This document shows, one piece after another, positions 24,371 through 33,331 of a DNA stretch of 64,000 nt. Under the pieces are notes generated by a model. The model had not been told where the DNA came from. It worked only from the letters and a program-made list of their open reading frames with translations, and did no database searches. How positions within the stretch are numbered: the stretch's first letter is position 1; each line of letters begins with the position of its first letter. Made by a program: the position numbers and the translations under genes. Source of the stretch: Gemmatimonadota bacterium (GTDB lineage: Bacteria; Gemmatimonadota; Gemmatimonadetes; Gemmatimonadales; GWC2-71-9); the NCBI GenBank assembly GCA_003169895.1, contig PNAE01000007.1, positions 1,135,222 through 1,199,221 on the forward strand, written 5' to 3'.

Positions 24371-26197
24371 ATGTGTGGAATCGTCGGATATGTCGGCCCC
24401 AGGCAGGCCACCCGGATCCTGATGGAAGGGCTCCGCCGGATGGAGTATCGCGGCTACGACTCCGCCGGCATCGCCGTGCTGAACAACGGCGGCATCGAGA
24501 TCCACAAGGCAGCGGGCAAGCTCAGCGTGCTTGCCGGCGAACTCGAGGGGTGCGAGCCGGTGGGCACGACCGGCATCGGCCACACCCGCTGGGCCACGCA
24601 CGGTGCGCCGACCACGGCGAACGCACATCCGCATACCGATCAATCCGGGCGGATCGCGTTGATCCACAACGGCATCATCGAGAACTCCAACAGCATCAAG
24701 AAGGCGCTGCTCGCCCGGGGACACATCTTTCACTCCGAGACCGACACGGAGGTGCTGGCGCACCTGATCGGCGAGCTGTACGAGGGAAATCTCGAAGAGG
24801 CGGTCGCGGCCGCGTTGCGTGACGTTGACGGGGCGTATGGCATTGTGGTGATCTCGGCCGACGAGCCCGGCATGCTCGTGGCTGCGCGCAACGGCTCGCC
24901 GATCGTGCTCGGCATTGGGGAAGGGGAGAACCTGGTCGCCTCGGACCAGGCGGCGCTGATGGAGCACACCCGCTCCGTGGTCTACCTCGACAACGGCGAA
25001 TTGGCGGTGCTCACCGCCAACGAATTCCGGGTCCGCAACCTCACCGCGCGCCAGATCGACAAGCCGATCAACCAGATCGAGTGGGACCTCGCCACGATTG
25101 AACGGGGCGGTTTCGATCACTTCATGCTCAAGGAAATCTTCGAGCAACCCGACAGCATCGAGAACACGATGCGCGGGCACCTGCTCGAGGAGACCGGCAG
25201 CGTGCGCGTTTACGGACTCAAACTCTCCGATACCGACGCGAAGAAGGTCAAGCGGATCATCATCACGGGGTGCGGGACATCGTGGCACGCCGGGCTGATC
25301 GGCAAGCAGATGCTGGAAGAACTGGCGCGGATTCCGACCGACGTGGAATACGCGTCGGAATTCCGCTACCGCAATCCGATCGTTGACGCGGAGACGCTGG
25401 TCATCGCGATTTCGCAGTCCGGCGAAACCGCCGACACGCTCGCCGCGCTGATGGAGGCGAAGCATCGCGGCGCGCGAGCGCTCGGCCTGGTGAACGTCGT
25501 CGGCTCGAGCATTGCGCGTGAAGTGCACGGCGGGCTCTACCTGCGCTGCGGCCCGGAGATCGGTGTGGCAAGCACCAAGGCGTTCACCGCCCAGGTGGTG
25601 GCACTGGCGATGGTGACCCTGCGTTTTGGCCGGTTGCGTACCATGTCACTGCTCGAGGGCCGCCGGTACGTCGAGGCGCTGCATCAGCTCCCGGCGCAGG
25701 TCCAACAGATTCTCGACCGCGCCGATGAAGTGGAGGCATTGGCCTCGCGGTTCGATGACGTGACCAACGCACTCTATCTCGGGCGCGGCGTGAACTTCCC
25801 CGTGGCGCTCGAAGGTGCGCTCAAGCTCAAGGAGATCTCCTACATCCACGCCGAAGGCTATCCGGCTGCCGAAATGAAGCACGGGCCGATCGCGCTGATC
25901 GATGAAAACATGCCGGTCGTGGTCGTCGCCCCCCGCGACGCGGTGCACAGCAAGATCGTGTCGAACATCCAGGAAGTGCGGGCCCGGGGCGGCCGGGTGA
26001 TTGCGATCGTGAACAAGGATGACGAGGAGATCTCGCGGCTGGCCGAGGCAACGTTCATTGTCCCCGAGACGCTCGACCTGCTGACGCCGGTCCTGACCGT
26101 TGTGCCACTGCAGCTATTGTCGTATTACGTCGCGGTCAAGCGGGGTTGCAATGTCGACCAGCCGCGCAACCTGGCGAAGAGCGTGACGGTAGAGTAG
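24371..26197 (+). CDS. glmS: Glutamine-fructose-6-phosphate aminotransferase
   Basis: MCGIVGYVG N-terminal nucleophile, two SIS domains, and C-terminal ...NLAKSVTVE. Confidence 0.95.
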   Translation: MCGIVGYVGPRQATRILMEGLRRMEYRGYDSAGIAVLNNGGIEIHKAAGKLSVLAGELEGCEPVGTTGIGHTRWATHGAPTTANAHPHTDQSGRIALIHNGIIENSNSIKKALLARGHIFHSETDTEVLAHLIGELYEGNLEEAVAAALRDVDGAYGIVVISADEPGMLVAARNGSPIVLGIGEGENLVASDQAALMEHTRSVVYLDNGELAVLTANEFRVRNLTARQIDKPINQIEWDLATIERGGFDHFMLKEIFEQPDSIENTMRGHLLEETGSVRVYGLKLSDTDAKKVKRIIITGCGTSWHAGLIGKQMLEELARIPTDVEYASEFRYRNPIVDAETLVIAISQSGETADTLAALMEAKHRGARALGLVNVVGSSIAREVHGGLYLRCGPEIGVASTKAFTAQVVALAMVTLRFGRLRTMSLLEGRRYVEALHQLPAQVQQILDRADEVEALASRFDDVTNALYLGRGVNFPVALEGALKLKEISYIHAEGYPAAEMKHGPIALIDENMPVVVVAPRDAVHSKIVSNIQEVRARGGRVIAIVNKDDEEISRLAEATFIVPETLDLLTPVLTVVPLQLLSYYVAVKRGCNVDQPRNLAKSVTVE

Positions 26198-26271
26198 GAC
26201 CGCAGCCTCCCCGCCCGGCACCCTCGCAGCCGCTTCGCCCATCAGAGGCTGACCGTGGCGCCAAGGAACAA

Positions 26272-26904
26272 CTAGAGCTGCCGCGCGATCCCGAGCGCGA
26301 ACCCGGTCCGCCACATCGCTCGCTGCCTGAAGCCTTCGGGCAATTCCTCAGTCGTGAAAACGGAAGGGCCCGCCGTGACTTCCCCGCGCACCACGGCGCT
26401 CCAGCGTCGGCCGATCGGGAAGTCCGCTTCAAGCGCGCCGTGTGCGGCGGCACGCCACCGCGCCGGCGCTCCTGCGAAGCTCCACCGGTCGCCGCCCAGT
26501 CCCACGCCGGCACGGAGCGTCGGTGTCGACGACTGACCCGCGATCCGGACCCCAACCTCGAAGCCGGCTCCCCACGCGTCGAAGGCACCGAATGTGGTGA
26601 CTGCCGCCGAGGCACTCACCTCACTCAGGTCGGCAGTGCTGTGATGGCCCTCCACGCCGACCCGCCATCGCCCGGTTTCACGGGCGACGGCGACCGTCAG
26701 GGTGGCGGGATGATCGGCGTGGAACTCCGGATGCGCGGGGTCGACGTCGTCGCGCGCATCACCGTGCGACGTCGCGCTACCGGACAGCAACGCGATGCGC
26801 CATTGAGCGTTCAGGGCACTTGAGGCGGTACACACGAGGAGGCAGAGCAGGAAGTGTCGCACGAAATCCTCGGGAAGAAGACCGTGCGAACCTCGCTGCC
26901 CCAC
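26272..26904 (-). CDS. Hypothetical secreted protein, possible small outer-membrane beta-barrel
   Basis: Signal-like FLLCLLVCTASSALNAQ and an alternating hydrophobic pattern. The opposite-strand ORF is Arg-rich shadow. No family recognised. Confidence 0.45.
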   Translation of the reverse strand: MGQRGSHGLLPEDFVRHFLLCLLVCTASSALNAQWRIALLSGSATSHGDARDDVDPAHPEFHADHPATLTVAVARETGRWRVGVEGHHSTADLSEVSASAAVTTFGAFDAWGAGFEVGVRIAGQSSTPTLRAGVGLGGDRWSFAGAPARWRAAAHGALEADFPIGRRWSAVVRGEVTAGPSVFTTEELPEGFRQRAMWRTGFALGIARQL

Positions 26905-27032
26905 ATCAACGGAACGTCAACAGTTCACGCATGGCTTCCTTGATGTACCCGGCGAGAGTCCTTTTCGATGGCAGGTCCTTGACCGAGTCCGTGATTGTGA
27001 GTCGTCGGGAAGAAAACGAGAAGCCCGTTCTG

Positions 27033-27914
27033 TCAGCGCATCGTCCAGGTTTCGCCGAGCGTTGCGGCCACGATCCGACTCGCATCCGGCCCGGCAGCGG
27101 CGTGCAGGCGGGCCAGCGGCTCGGCCATCGGCTCGCGGCTCAGCCGGAAGGTCGAGTGATGCACCGGCATGAACGCACCGGTGCCCAGCTGCTCGGCCAT
27201 GCCCCACGCCTCTTCGGGCGAGCAATGATTCGCGATCCATGGATTGTACGCGCCAATGGGCATGATGGCGAGGTCGACCGCTCCGCCCGCGGCGAGCGGC
27301 CGGAGTGCGTCGGTGCGCGCAGTGTCGCCGGCAAACAGAATGCGGCGTCCGCGAACCGTCAGCAAGAACCCACCCCACCCGCGGTGCCGGTCCCGAAGCA
27401 TCCGTGCGCCCCAGTGCTTCGCCGGCGTGGCCTCGATATCGATCTCGCCTACGCGAGTCGTCTCACCCCAGGCCAGTTCGCGGACGTCACGGAATCGGGT
27501 AAGGAGGTCGCCCAGATATGGTGCCGTCACGACGACCGACGACCGCGGCAACCGGCGCAATGTCGGGATGTCAAGGTGATCGAAGTGCGCATGACTCAGC
27601 AGCACCAGGTCGATCGGCGGAAGTTCCTTGACCCGGAGCGCGGGCGGCGTGAGCCGGCGAACACCGACCTGTACCATCCCCAGCGAGATGCCGACGCGCC
27701 GGCCGAGGACTGGATCGGTGATGACCCAGGTGTCGAACAGCCGCATCAGGACGGTCGAATGACCCAGCCACGCCACCGTGATCCGATCGGACGGCCACGA
27801 CGCCGGATCGGGATGGAGCGGCTTGATGGCGCGCTGCGCCGCGCGGTCCCGCTGCCGGTACAGTTCGGTGAAGCGGGCATAGCGGCGGAGGGCTTCGACA
27901 TGACTCTTGAACAT
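27033..27914 (-). CDS. MBL-fold metallo-hydrolase
   Basis: LLSHAHFDHLD (HxHxDH) and a downstream His/Asp ligand pattern. Confidence 0.8.
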   Translation of the reverse strand: MFKSHVEALRRYARFTELYRQRDRAAQRAIKPLHPDPASWPSDRITVAWLGHSTVLMRLFDTWVITDPVLGRRVGISLGMVQVGVRRLTPPALRVKELPPIDLVLLSHAHFDHLDIPTLRRLPRSSVVVTAPYLGDLLTRFRDVRELAWGETTRVGEIDIEATPAKHWGARMLRDRHRGWGGFLLTVRGRRILFAGDTARTDALRPLAAGGAVDLAIMPIGAYNPWIANHCSPEEAWGMAEQLGTGAFMPVHHSTFRLSREPMAEPLARLHAAAGPDASRIVAATLGETWTMR

Positions 27915-27936
27915 GGACGAAGCTAAGACGTGAGAA

Positions 27937-27970
27937 GTGAGAGGTGAAAGGTGAACCTCTTACCTCTCAC
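27937..27970. repeat. Tandem-heptamer hairpin in a divergent intergenic region
   Basis: GTGAGAGGTGAAAGG tgaa CCTCTTACCTCTCAC. 15-bp stem with one mismatch and one G-U, and a tetraloop. It lies 22-23 nt from both flanking start codons. Confidence 0.7.
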
Positions 27971-27992
27971 CGCCTTGTTCTTACTTTCCAGC

Positions 27993-28436
27993 ATGCGGGT
28001 ATTGCTCCAGCGCGTGTCGCAGGCGAGTGTCACTATCGGCGGGCGCGTCGTTGGCGCGATAGGTGGCGGCTTCCTGCTGCTGGTCGGTTTTAGCCACGGC
28101 GACACCATCGACGCCGTGCGGTGGATGACGGACAAGGTCGCCGGCCTGCGGGTGTTCAACGACGACGACGGGAAGATGAACCGTGATCTCGCCGCCGTTG
28201 GCGGGGCGGTCCTGGTGGTATCGCAATTCACGCTGTACGGCGGTGCGACGAAGGGACGGCGGCCGTCGTTCATCGATGCCGCGCGACCGGAGATCGCGAT
28301 CCCGCTCTACGAAGCGTTTCTGGCGTCCCTCGCGGGTGCTGGGCTCACGGTGGCGAGCGGTGAGTTCGGCGCCGACATGCAGGTCTCCCTGATCAACGAC
28401 GGCCCGGTCACCCTGATGCTGGAGCACCCGGCTTGA
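27993..28436 (+). CDS. dtd: D-aminoacyl-tRNA deacylase
   Basis: MRVLLQRVSQASVTI...GGFLLLVGF...SQFTLYG, full length about 147 aa. The track ORF start (27951) lies inside the repeat. Confidence 0.9.
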   Translation: MRVLLQRVSQASVTIGGRVVGAIGGGFLLLVGFSHGDTIDAVRWMTDKVAGLRVFNDDDGKMNRDLAAVGGAVLVVSQFTLYGGATKGRRPSFIDAARPEIAIPLYEAFLASLAGAGLTVASGEFGADMQVSLINDGPVTLMLEHPA

Positions 28437-29029
28437 CCATCCCGACTCTCGTCCTCGCTTCCGCATCGCCGCGCCGGAAGCAACTGCTTGAAATGTTGCG
28501 GATTCCGGTGCTGGTCCATCCGGCAAACGTGCCGGAGGCCGCGTTGCCCGCTGAGGCCCCCGCGGCCTACGCCCGCCGCCTGGCCCGCGACAAGGCGCGG
28601 GCAGTGCCCGGCCACTATGTCCTCGGGGCCGACACCATTGTCGTGCTCGACGATCGCATCCTCGAGAAGCCCACCGATGACGCCGACGCGCTCCGCATGC
28701 TCCGGGCGCTGCAGGGGCGCACCCATACCGTCATCACCGCCGTCTGCCTCGTCGCACATGGCGCGGAACGTCACGCCATCGACGAGACATACGTCACCTT
28801 CCGGTCCTGCACGGATGATTTCCTGCGCGACTACATCGCCACCGGTGAGCCGCACGACAAGGCGGGCGCCTACGGCATCCAGGGCTGGGGCGCGGCGCTG
28901 GTCGAGCGAGTGGACGGGGACTTCTTTGGCGTGATGGGGTTGCCGGTGCGATTGGTACTGAAACTGCTGGCGGAGGCGGGGTGCGAGTATCGATTTGACA
29001 GCAGGAGAGACGAGAGACGAGAGACGTGA
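28433..29029 (+). CDS. maf: Maf-like nucleoside triphosphate pyrophosphatase
   Basis: LVLASASPRRKQLL...GADTIV...KAGAYGIQG. The last about 10 codons are read from the heptamer repeat. Confidence 0.88.
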   Translation: MTIPTLVLASASPRRKQLLEMLRIPVLVHPANVPEAALPAEAPAAYARRLARDKARAVPGHYVLGADTIVVLDDRILEKPTDDADALRMLRALQGRTHTVITAVCLVAHGAERHAIDETYVTFRSCTDDFLRDYIATGEPHDKAGAYGIQGWGAALVERVDGDFFGVMGLPVRLVLKLLAEAGCEYRFDSRRDERRET

Positions 29030-29143
29030 GACGTGAGACGTGAGACGTGAGACGAGAGAAGGGACAGCCGTAGGGCTGTCATCACACGTGCGGGTTGTTC
29101 TCGTCTCTCGTCTCACGTCTCACGTCTCTCGTCTCTCCTGCTG
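29000..29143. repeat. Large tandem-heptamer inverted repeat between convergent genes (probable terminator)
   Basis: Left arm agcagga(GAGACGA)...(GTGAGAC)x4...gagagaaggg. Central mini-hairpin gacagccgtagggctgtc. The right arm tctcgtctctcgtctcacgtctcacgtctctcgtctctcctgctg has fewer heptads. Confidence 0.8.
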
Positions 29144-30629
29144 TTCCTGCCAATCCCAGCGCCGCAAGCATCGCCCCGGCCTTCGCGATCGTTTCGTTGA
29201 ACTCGGTCTCCGGAACCGAATCGGTCACGATCCCGGCCCCCGCCTGGACATAGGCGGTGTCGCCGTGGAACACGACGGTCCGGATGGCGATGGCGGTGTC
29301 GAGGCTGCGCGCACCGAAGCCGACGTAGCCCACCGCGCCGGCATACGGCCCGCGGCGCGTGACTTCAAGCCCGTCGATGATTTCCATGGCACGGACTTTC
29401 GGCGCACCACTCACCGTGCCGGCCGGGAATGCCGCCGCCAGGGCATCGAGCGCGTCGACACCGGGGCGCAGCGTGCCGCGCACCTCGCTCACCAGGTGCA
29501 TGACATGCGAGTATCGCTCCACCACCATCTGCTCGACGATCCGTACCGACCCGTACTGCGCGACCCGCCCGACGTCGTTGCGTCCGAGGTCAAGCAGCAT
29601 GAGATGCTCGGCGCGCTCCTTGGGATCGGCGCGCATCTCGGCTTCAAGTGCAAGATCGAGCTCGGGGGTCACGCCGCGAGGGCGGGTGCCGGCGATCGGA
29701 CGCACGGTGACCTCATCCCGTTCAACGCGAATCAGCACTTCCGGTGACGCCCCGGCGATGGTCATGTCGCCCAGCCGGAGAAAGTAGCAGTAGGGTGCGG
29801 GGTTGAGTGCACGCAGCCAACGGTAGCTCAGAAACGGATCGGGAGCAGGCGCCACGTCGAGGCGCCGGGAGAGCACGATCTGGAAGGCGTCGCCCGCGGC
29901 GAGGTACTCCTGGCAGCGACGGACGTCGCGGCGGAATGCGTCATCGGGATATACCGATGTCGCGGCGGCGAGCGGGCGCGTCGGCGGCATTGCCAGCGGG
30001 GCGAGGTCGTTCGGTACTGCGAGTCGGCCCAGCCAGTCGTCGCAGTGCGCCTCGGCGGCGGCGATGCGCCGTTCCAGCTCCACGTCGTCCAATCCCGGCG
30101 CCACCGCCACGTTCGCGATCACGATGGCGCGGTGAAACAGATTGTCGAGCACCAGGAGCGTGTTCACCAGCATGACGACCGCGTCCGGAAGACCGCGGTC
30201 GTCTCGCGGTGCGTCCGGGAGTTCCTCCAGCGTCCGGACCACGTCGTAGCCCCAGAAGCCGACCGCGCCGCCGGTGAACCGTGGCAACCCGGCGATCTCC
30301 AGCGACCGATCCTGCCGCAGCAGCGCGCCAAGATGATCGAGCGGAGCCGCGTCCGCTGCCTCCAGCGCCCACGTGTCGTCGTCCAGCAGTCGCTCGACCC
30401 GCTTCCCGCGATACTGGTAGACCGCAAGCGGCTCCGTCGCCAGGAACGAGTAGCGCGCCCAGCGTTCGCCGCCTTCGAGCGACTCCAGCAGAAAGCCGTA
30501 CCGACCGCGATGCAGCTTCGCGAACGCCGACACCGGCGTGTCGCCGTCGAGCACCACTTCACGTGTCAACGGAACGCGCGAATAGCCGTCCTGCACCGCC
30601 GCACGGCAGCGGGTGAGAAGTTGCTTCAT
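29082..30629 (-). CDS. trpE: Anthranilate synthase component I
   Basis: Full-length chorismate-binding fold, with ...GTVSGAPKVRAMEII... and GAGIVTDSVPETEFNET. The C-terminal tail runs into the repeat. Confidence 0.9.
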   Translation of the reverse strand: MKQLLTRCRAAVQDGYSRVPLTREVVLDGDTPVSAFAKLHRGRYGFLLESLEGGERWARYSFLATEPLAVYQYRGKRVERLLDDDTWALEAADAAPLDHLGALLRQDRSLEIAGLPRFTGGAVGFWGYDVVRTLEELPDAPRDDRGLPDAVVMLVNTLLVLDNLFHRAIVIANVAVAPGLDDVELERRIAAAEAHCDDWLGRLAVPNDLAPLAMPPTRPLAAATSVYPDDAFRRDVRRCQEYLAAGDAFQIVLSRRLDVAPAPDPFLSYRWLRALNPAPYCYFLRLGDMTIAGASPEVLIRVERDEVTVRPIAGTRPRGVTPELDLALEAEMRADPKERAEHLMLLDLGRNDVGRVAQYGSVRIVEQMVVERYSHVMHLVSEVRGTLRPGVDALDALAAAFPAGTVSGAPKVRAMEIIDGLEVTRRGPYAGAVGYVGFGARSLDTAIAIRTVVFHGDTAYVQAGAGIVTDSVPETEFNETIAKAGAMLAALGLAGTAGETRDVRRETRDENNPHV

Positions 30630-31183
30630 CGAGCCGCGACCAGCGCGTAGCTACCGGCTGCCGCCACCGGGAAGCGCACGACGTCGGCCGCCGGGCGCAC
30701 GCCGCCGATGAATTGCACCTTGTTGGCTGCACCGAGTTCTGCCGGCGCGAGTGCCTGCTCGAACTTTCCCGCCGACGGATACTTCACGCTGGCCCCGGCG
30801 GGTGCCCGGAAATGGACCGCATACGAAAAGGTCGCGCTGGAGTTGCCGGGCAGCTTGTCCGTGGTGACGAGTTCAAACGCATACGTGCCCGCGACCGGGT
30901 GCACACGGACGTGGACGCTATCACGGGCGTGCATCGTGTCGGTCGCGGCGGGGAAATCCAGGATCAGGAAGATCGCGTCGTCGGGAGGCGCGTGGCGCAA
31001 CACAATCGTGCGCCCGGTCGTTGCGGCGAACGTGACGGACGTATCCGGTACCGGCGCGCCGGACGCTTCGAGCAGCCACACCTTGTCGAGCGTCGTTGCC
31101 GATGCCGGCGCGATGGTGGCTGAGGCCGGCGTGGCGGATAGATCGGCGCGGCTGCTGTGGCATGCCGCCCCGAGCCCCAGCAT
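30626..31183 (-). CDS. Hypothetical lipoprotein
   Basis: MLGLGAAC lipobox-like start. 185 aa with normal composition and high GC3. ATGA overlap with the trpE start. It is the only credible part of the 909-aa track ORF. Confidence 0.55.
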   Translation of the reverse strand: MLGLGAACHSSRADLSATPASATIAPASATTLDKVWLLEASGAPVPDTSVTFAATTGRTIVLRHAPPDDAIFLILDFPAATDTMHARDSVHVRVHPVAGTYAFELVTTDKLPGNSSATFSYAVHFRAPAGASVKYPSAGKFEQALAPAELGAANKVQFIGGVRPAADVVRFPVAAAGSYALVAAR

Positions 31184-31207
31184 GAGCGTGGCCCCTATCT
31201 TCCCGAT

Positions 31208-33217
31208 ATGTCCCGCGCCGTGCCCTGGACCCTTCTGCTGCTGGTCGTCGCGGGCCGCGCCGGCGCCCAGGTGTGGCGGTCGGGCACCGAGATCGACCTG
31301 ATCCGGCGCGCGGTCGCGCACCGCGCCGCCCGCGATGCGGACACCGTGCTGGCCGGTTGGGAGGCACAGGCTCACGGGATGCTGCGATACATCTCGGTCG
31401 TGGATCACGGGGACGGTCCGGTGGAACGGGTCATCAGGGCAGACGAGTTGCAGGTCGAAGTGTACGGGGAGTCCCCGAATCGGAGCAAGCAGATCATCCT
31501 GGCGTGGCGGGACACGTCGTTCCTTCCCAATCGCATCGACTATCATCGCGACCACCTCGGCATCGTCGCCAACGACTTCGGTCCGACCATCCGATTGGGA
31601 CAGGGCGAGGAAGTCCGCGACGTACCGCACCCGCTGTCGGATGCCGGCCTGACCGCGTACCAGTTCGCGCTGGGCGACACGTTGACGCTGAGCACGCCGA
31701 AGGGCCGCATCCGGGTCGTGTCGATCCAGGTCCGGCCAAGGGACCCGGATTCGGCCGGGACCATCGGGACCTTGTACCTGGACCTGGATCGCGCCGCGCT
31801 GGTGCGCTTCCGGTTCACCTTCACACCCGCTTCCTATCGCGATCCTACGGTGGAGGAGATCACCGTCGCACTCGACAACTCGCTGCAGCAGAACGCGCGA
31901 TGGTTGCCGTGGCGGCAATCCATCGTCATCCGGCGCGGCTTGCCGCTGCTCGATTTTCCGATCCGCACCGTGATCCGCGCCGAATGGACCATCGACGACT
32001 ACCGTCTCGGCGCGCGCCAACCCACGAGCCGTTTTGATGGCCCCTTCATCGACGGGCCCCGCGCCCCGCAACCGGGCGGAAGCTGGGACGCGCCGATGGC
32101 GGGTGACCTGCACGCGGTACCCGCCAGCAATGCCGACCTCGCGGCTGCGGAGCGTGATGCATCCCAGGCGCTTGGAGCTCGCCTGCTTGATGGATTGCCT
32201 CGCTTGCGGTTTCTCGCAACCGGCATCAGCGACTTTGTCCGGGTCAACCGCGTCGAGGGTGTGACGCTGGGATTGGGCGGACGGCTCGCTGTGGGCGATC
32301 TCCTCGTGACGAGCGGGCATGTGGGGCTCGGTTTCAGCGATCACCGCGTTGTCGGGACGATTGCGCTGTCTGGACCAGCCGGACATTCGCGCTGGTCGAT
32401 CACCGGTGAACGCGCCATGCGCGACGTGGCGGACATACCGGTCATCAGCGGCATCGCCAACTCGCTCGGCACGGCGGTTTCGGGCCAGGACTATGGCGAC
32501 TACACGCTGATCGAGCGGGTCACCGCAGCGTTGCACGCCACGGTCGGGGGCAGTCGCGCCGCGGTCGAAGCGGGCGAAGAGTGGTCCTGGTCCGTCGCGA
32601 CGGCATTCAATCCGCTGACTGGATCTGCCGCGGCCAACCCGGCGCTGGGCGTTGGCGCGTCGACCGTGGTACGGGCCACGCTGGCACGGGGCGATCCGGC
32701 CGGAGCGGGCTGGTCGGTCGACGTCGAAGGCGGCACTGGTGTCAGCCAATGGGGCCGGATGCACTCGAGCGTCCGAGGTCGGATCGCGCTCCCATCGGGC
32801 GAATTGCAGGTCACCGGCGATGTCGGCCTCGGCACCGCCGACCTGCCGGGATATCGCGACTTCGTCCTCGGGGGCCGTGGCACGCTGCTCGGCGTGCCGT
32901 TCCGGGCACTTGGCGGCCGTCGGATGCTCCGTGGCGAGTTGGCCTGGGCGCTTCCGCTCAGGGTGCCGACGCCACCAGTTCCCTACGCGCGCTATGTCCG
33001 GTTGCCCAGCACGGTGGCACCATTCCTCGCCGCCGGGATCGCTGGCGGCGATCAGGCGGACCTGCCTTGGCGGGCAACCGGTAGGATCGAGCCGGTCGCC
33101 GGACTGCGGCTCGATCTGTGGGGACCGCTGTTGCGGGTTGAGGCCGGCATGGCGCTGCGGACCGGACGCCTGGCACTGGCTATCGACGTCCATCCGGATT
33201 GGTGGGCAACGATGTGA
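31208..33217 (+). CDS. Hypothetical secreted protein with an outer-membrane beta-barrel-like C-terminus
   Basis: Signal MSRAVPWTLLLLVVAGRAGAQ. The C-terminal third has alternating strands ending ...RLALAIDVHPDWWATM. No specific family recognised. Confidence 0.55.
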   Translation: MSRAVPWTLLLLVVAGRAGAQVWRSGTEIDLIRRAVAHRAARDADTVLAGWEAQAHGMLRYISVVDHGDGPVERVIRADELQVEVYGESPNRSKQIILAWRDTSFLPNRIDYHRDHLGIVANDFGPTIRLGQGEEVRDVPHPLSDAGLTAYQFALGDTLTLSTPKGRIRVVSIQVRPRDPDSAGTIGTLYLDLDRAALVRFRFTFTPASYRDPTVEEITVALDNSLQQNARWLPWRQSIVIRRGLPLLDFPIRTVIRAEWTIDDYRLGARQPTSRFDGPFIDGPRAPQPGGSWDAPMAGDLHAVPASNADLAAAERDASQALGARLLDGLPRLRFLATGISDFVRVNRVEGVTLGLGGRLAVGDLLVTSGHVGLGFSDHRVVGTIALSGPAGHSRWSITGERAMRDVADIPVISGIANSLGTAVSGQDYGDYTLIERVTAALHATVGGSRAAVEAGEEWSWSVATAFNPLTGSAAANPALGVGASTVVRATLARGDPAGAGWSVDVEGGTGVSQWGRMHSSVRGRIALPSGELQVTGDVGLGTADLPGYRDFVLGGRGTLLGVPFRALGGRRMLRGELAWALPLRVPTPPVPYARYVRLPSTVAPFLAAGIAGGDQADLPWRATGRIEPVAGLRLDLWGPLLRVEAGMALRTGRLALAIDVHPDWWATM

Positions 33218-33331
33218 CGACTCCCGCGGCGACGGGCAATGGCACGGCCCGGGCCGCGTCTCCCGGCGCCCCGGCCGATCGGCATCTAGATTGCAACAGG
33301 GCTTGGAATCTCCCTCGTCCGATGGCCGAAA

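Noticed and set aside
24011-25528. 505-aa minus-strand ORF
   Set aside because: It is antisense to glmS.
29000-29143. Possible CRISPR array (short tandem repeats)
   Set aside because: The period is 7 nt with no spacers, the arms are inverted copies of each other, and there are no cas genes. It is not a CRISPR.
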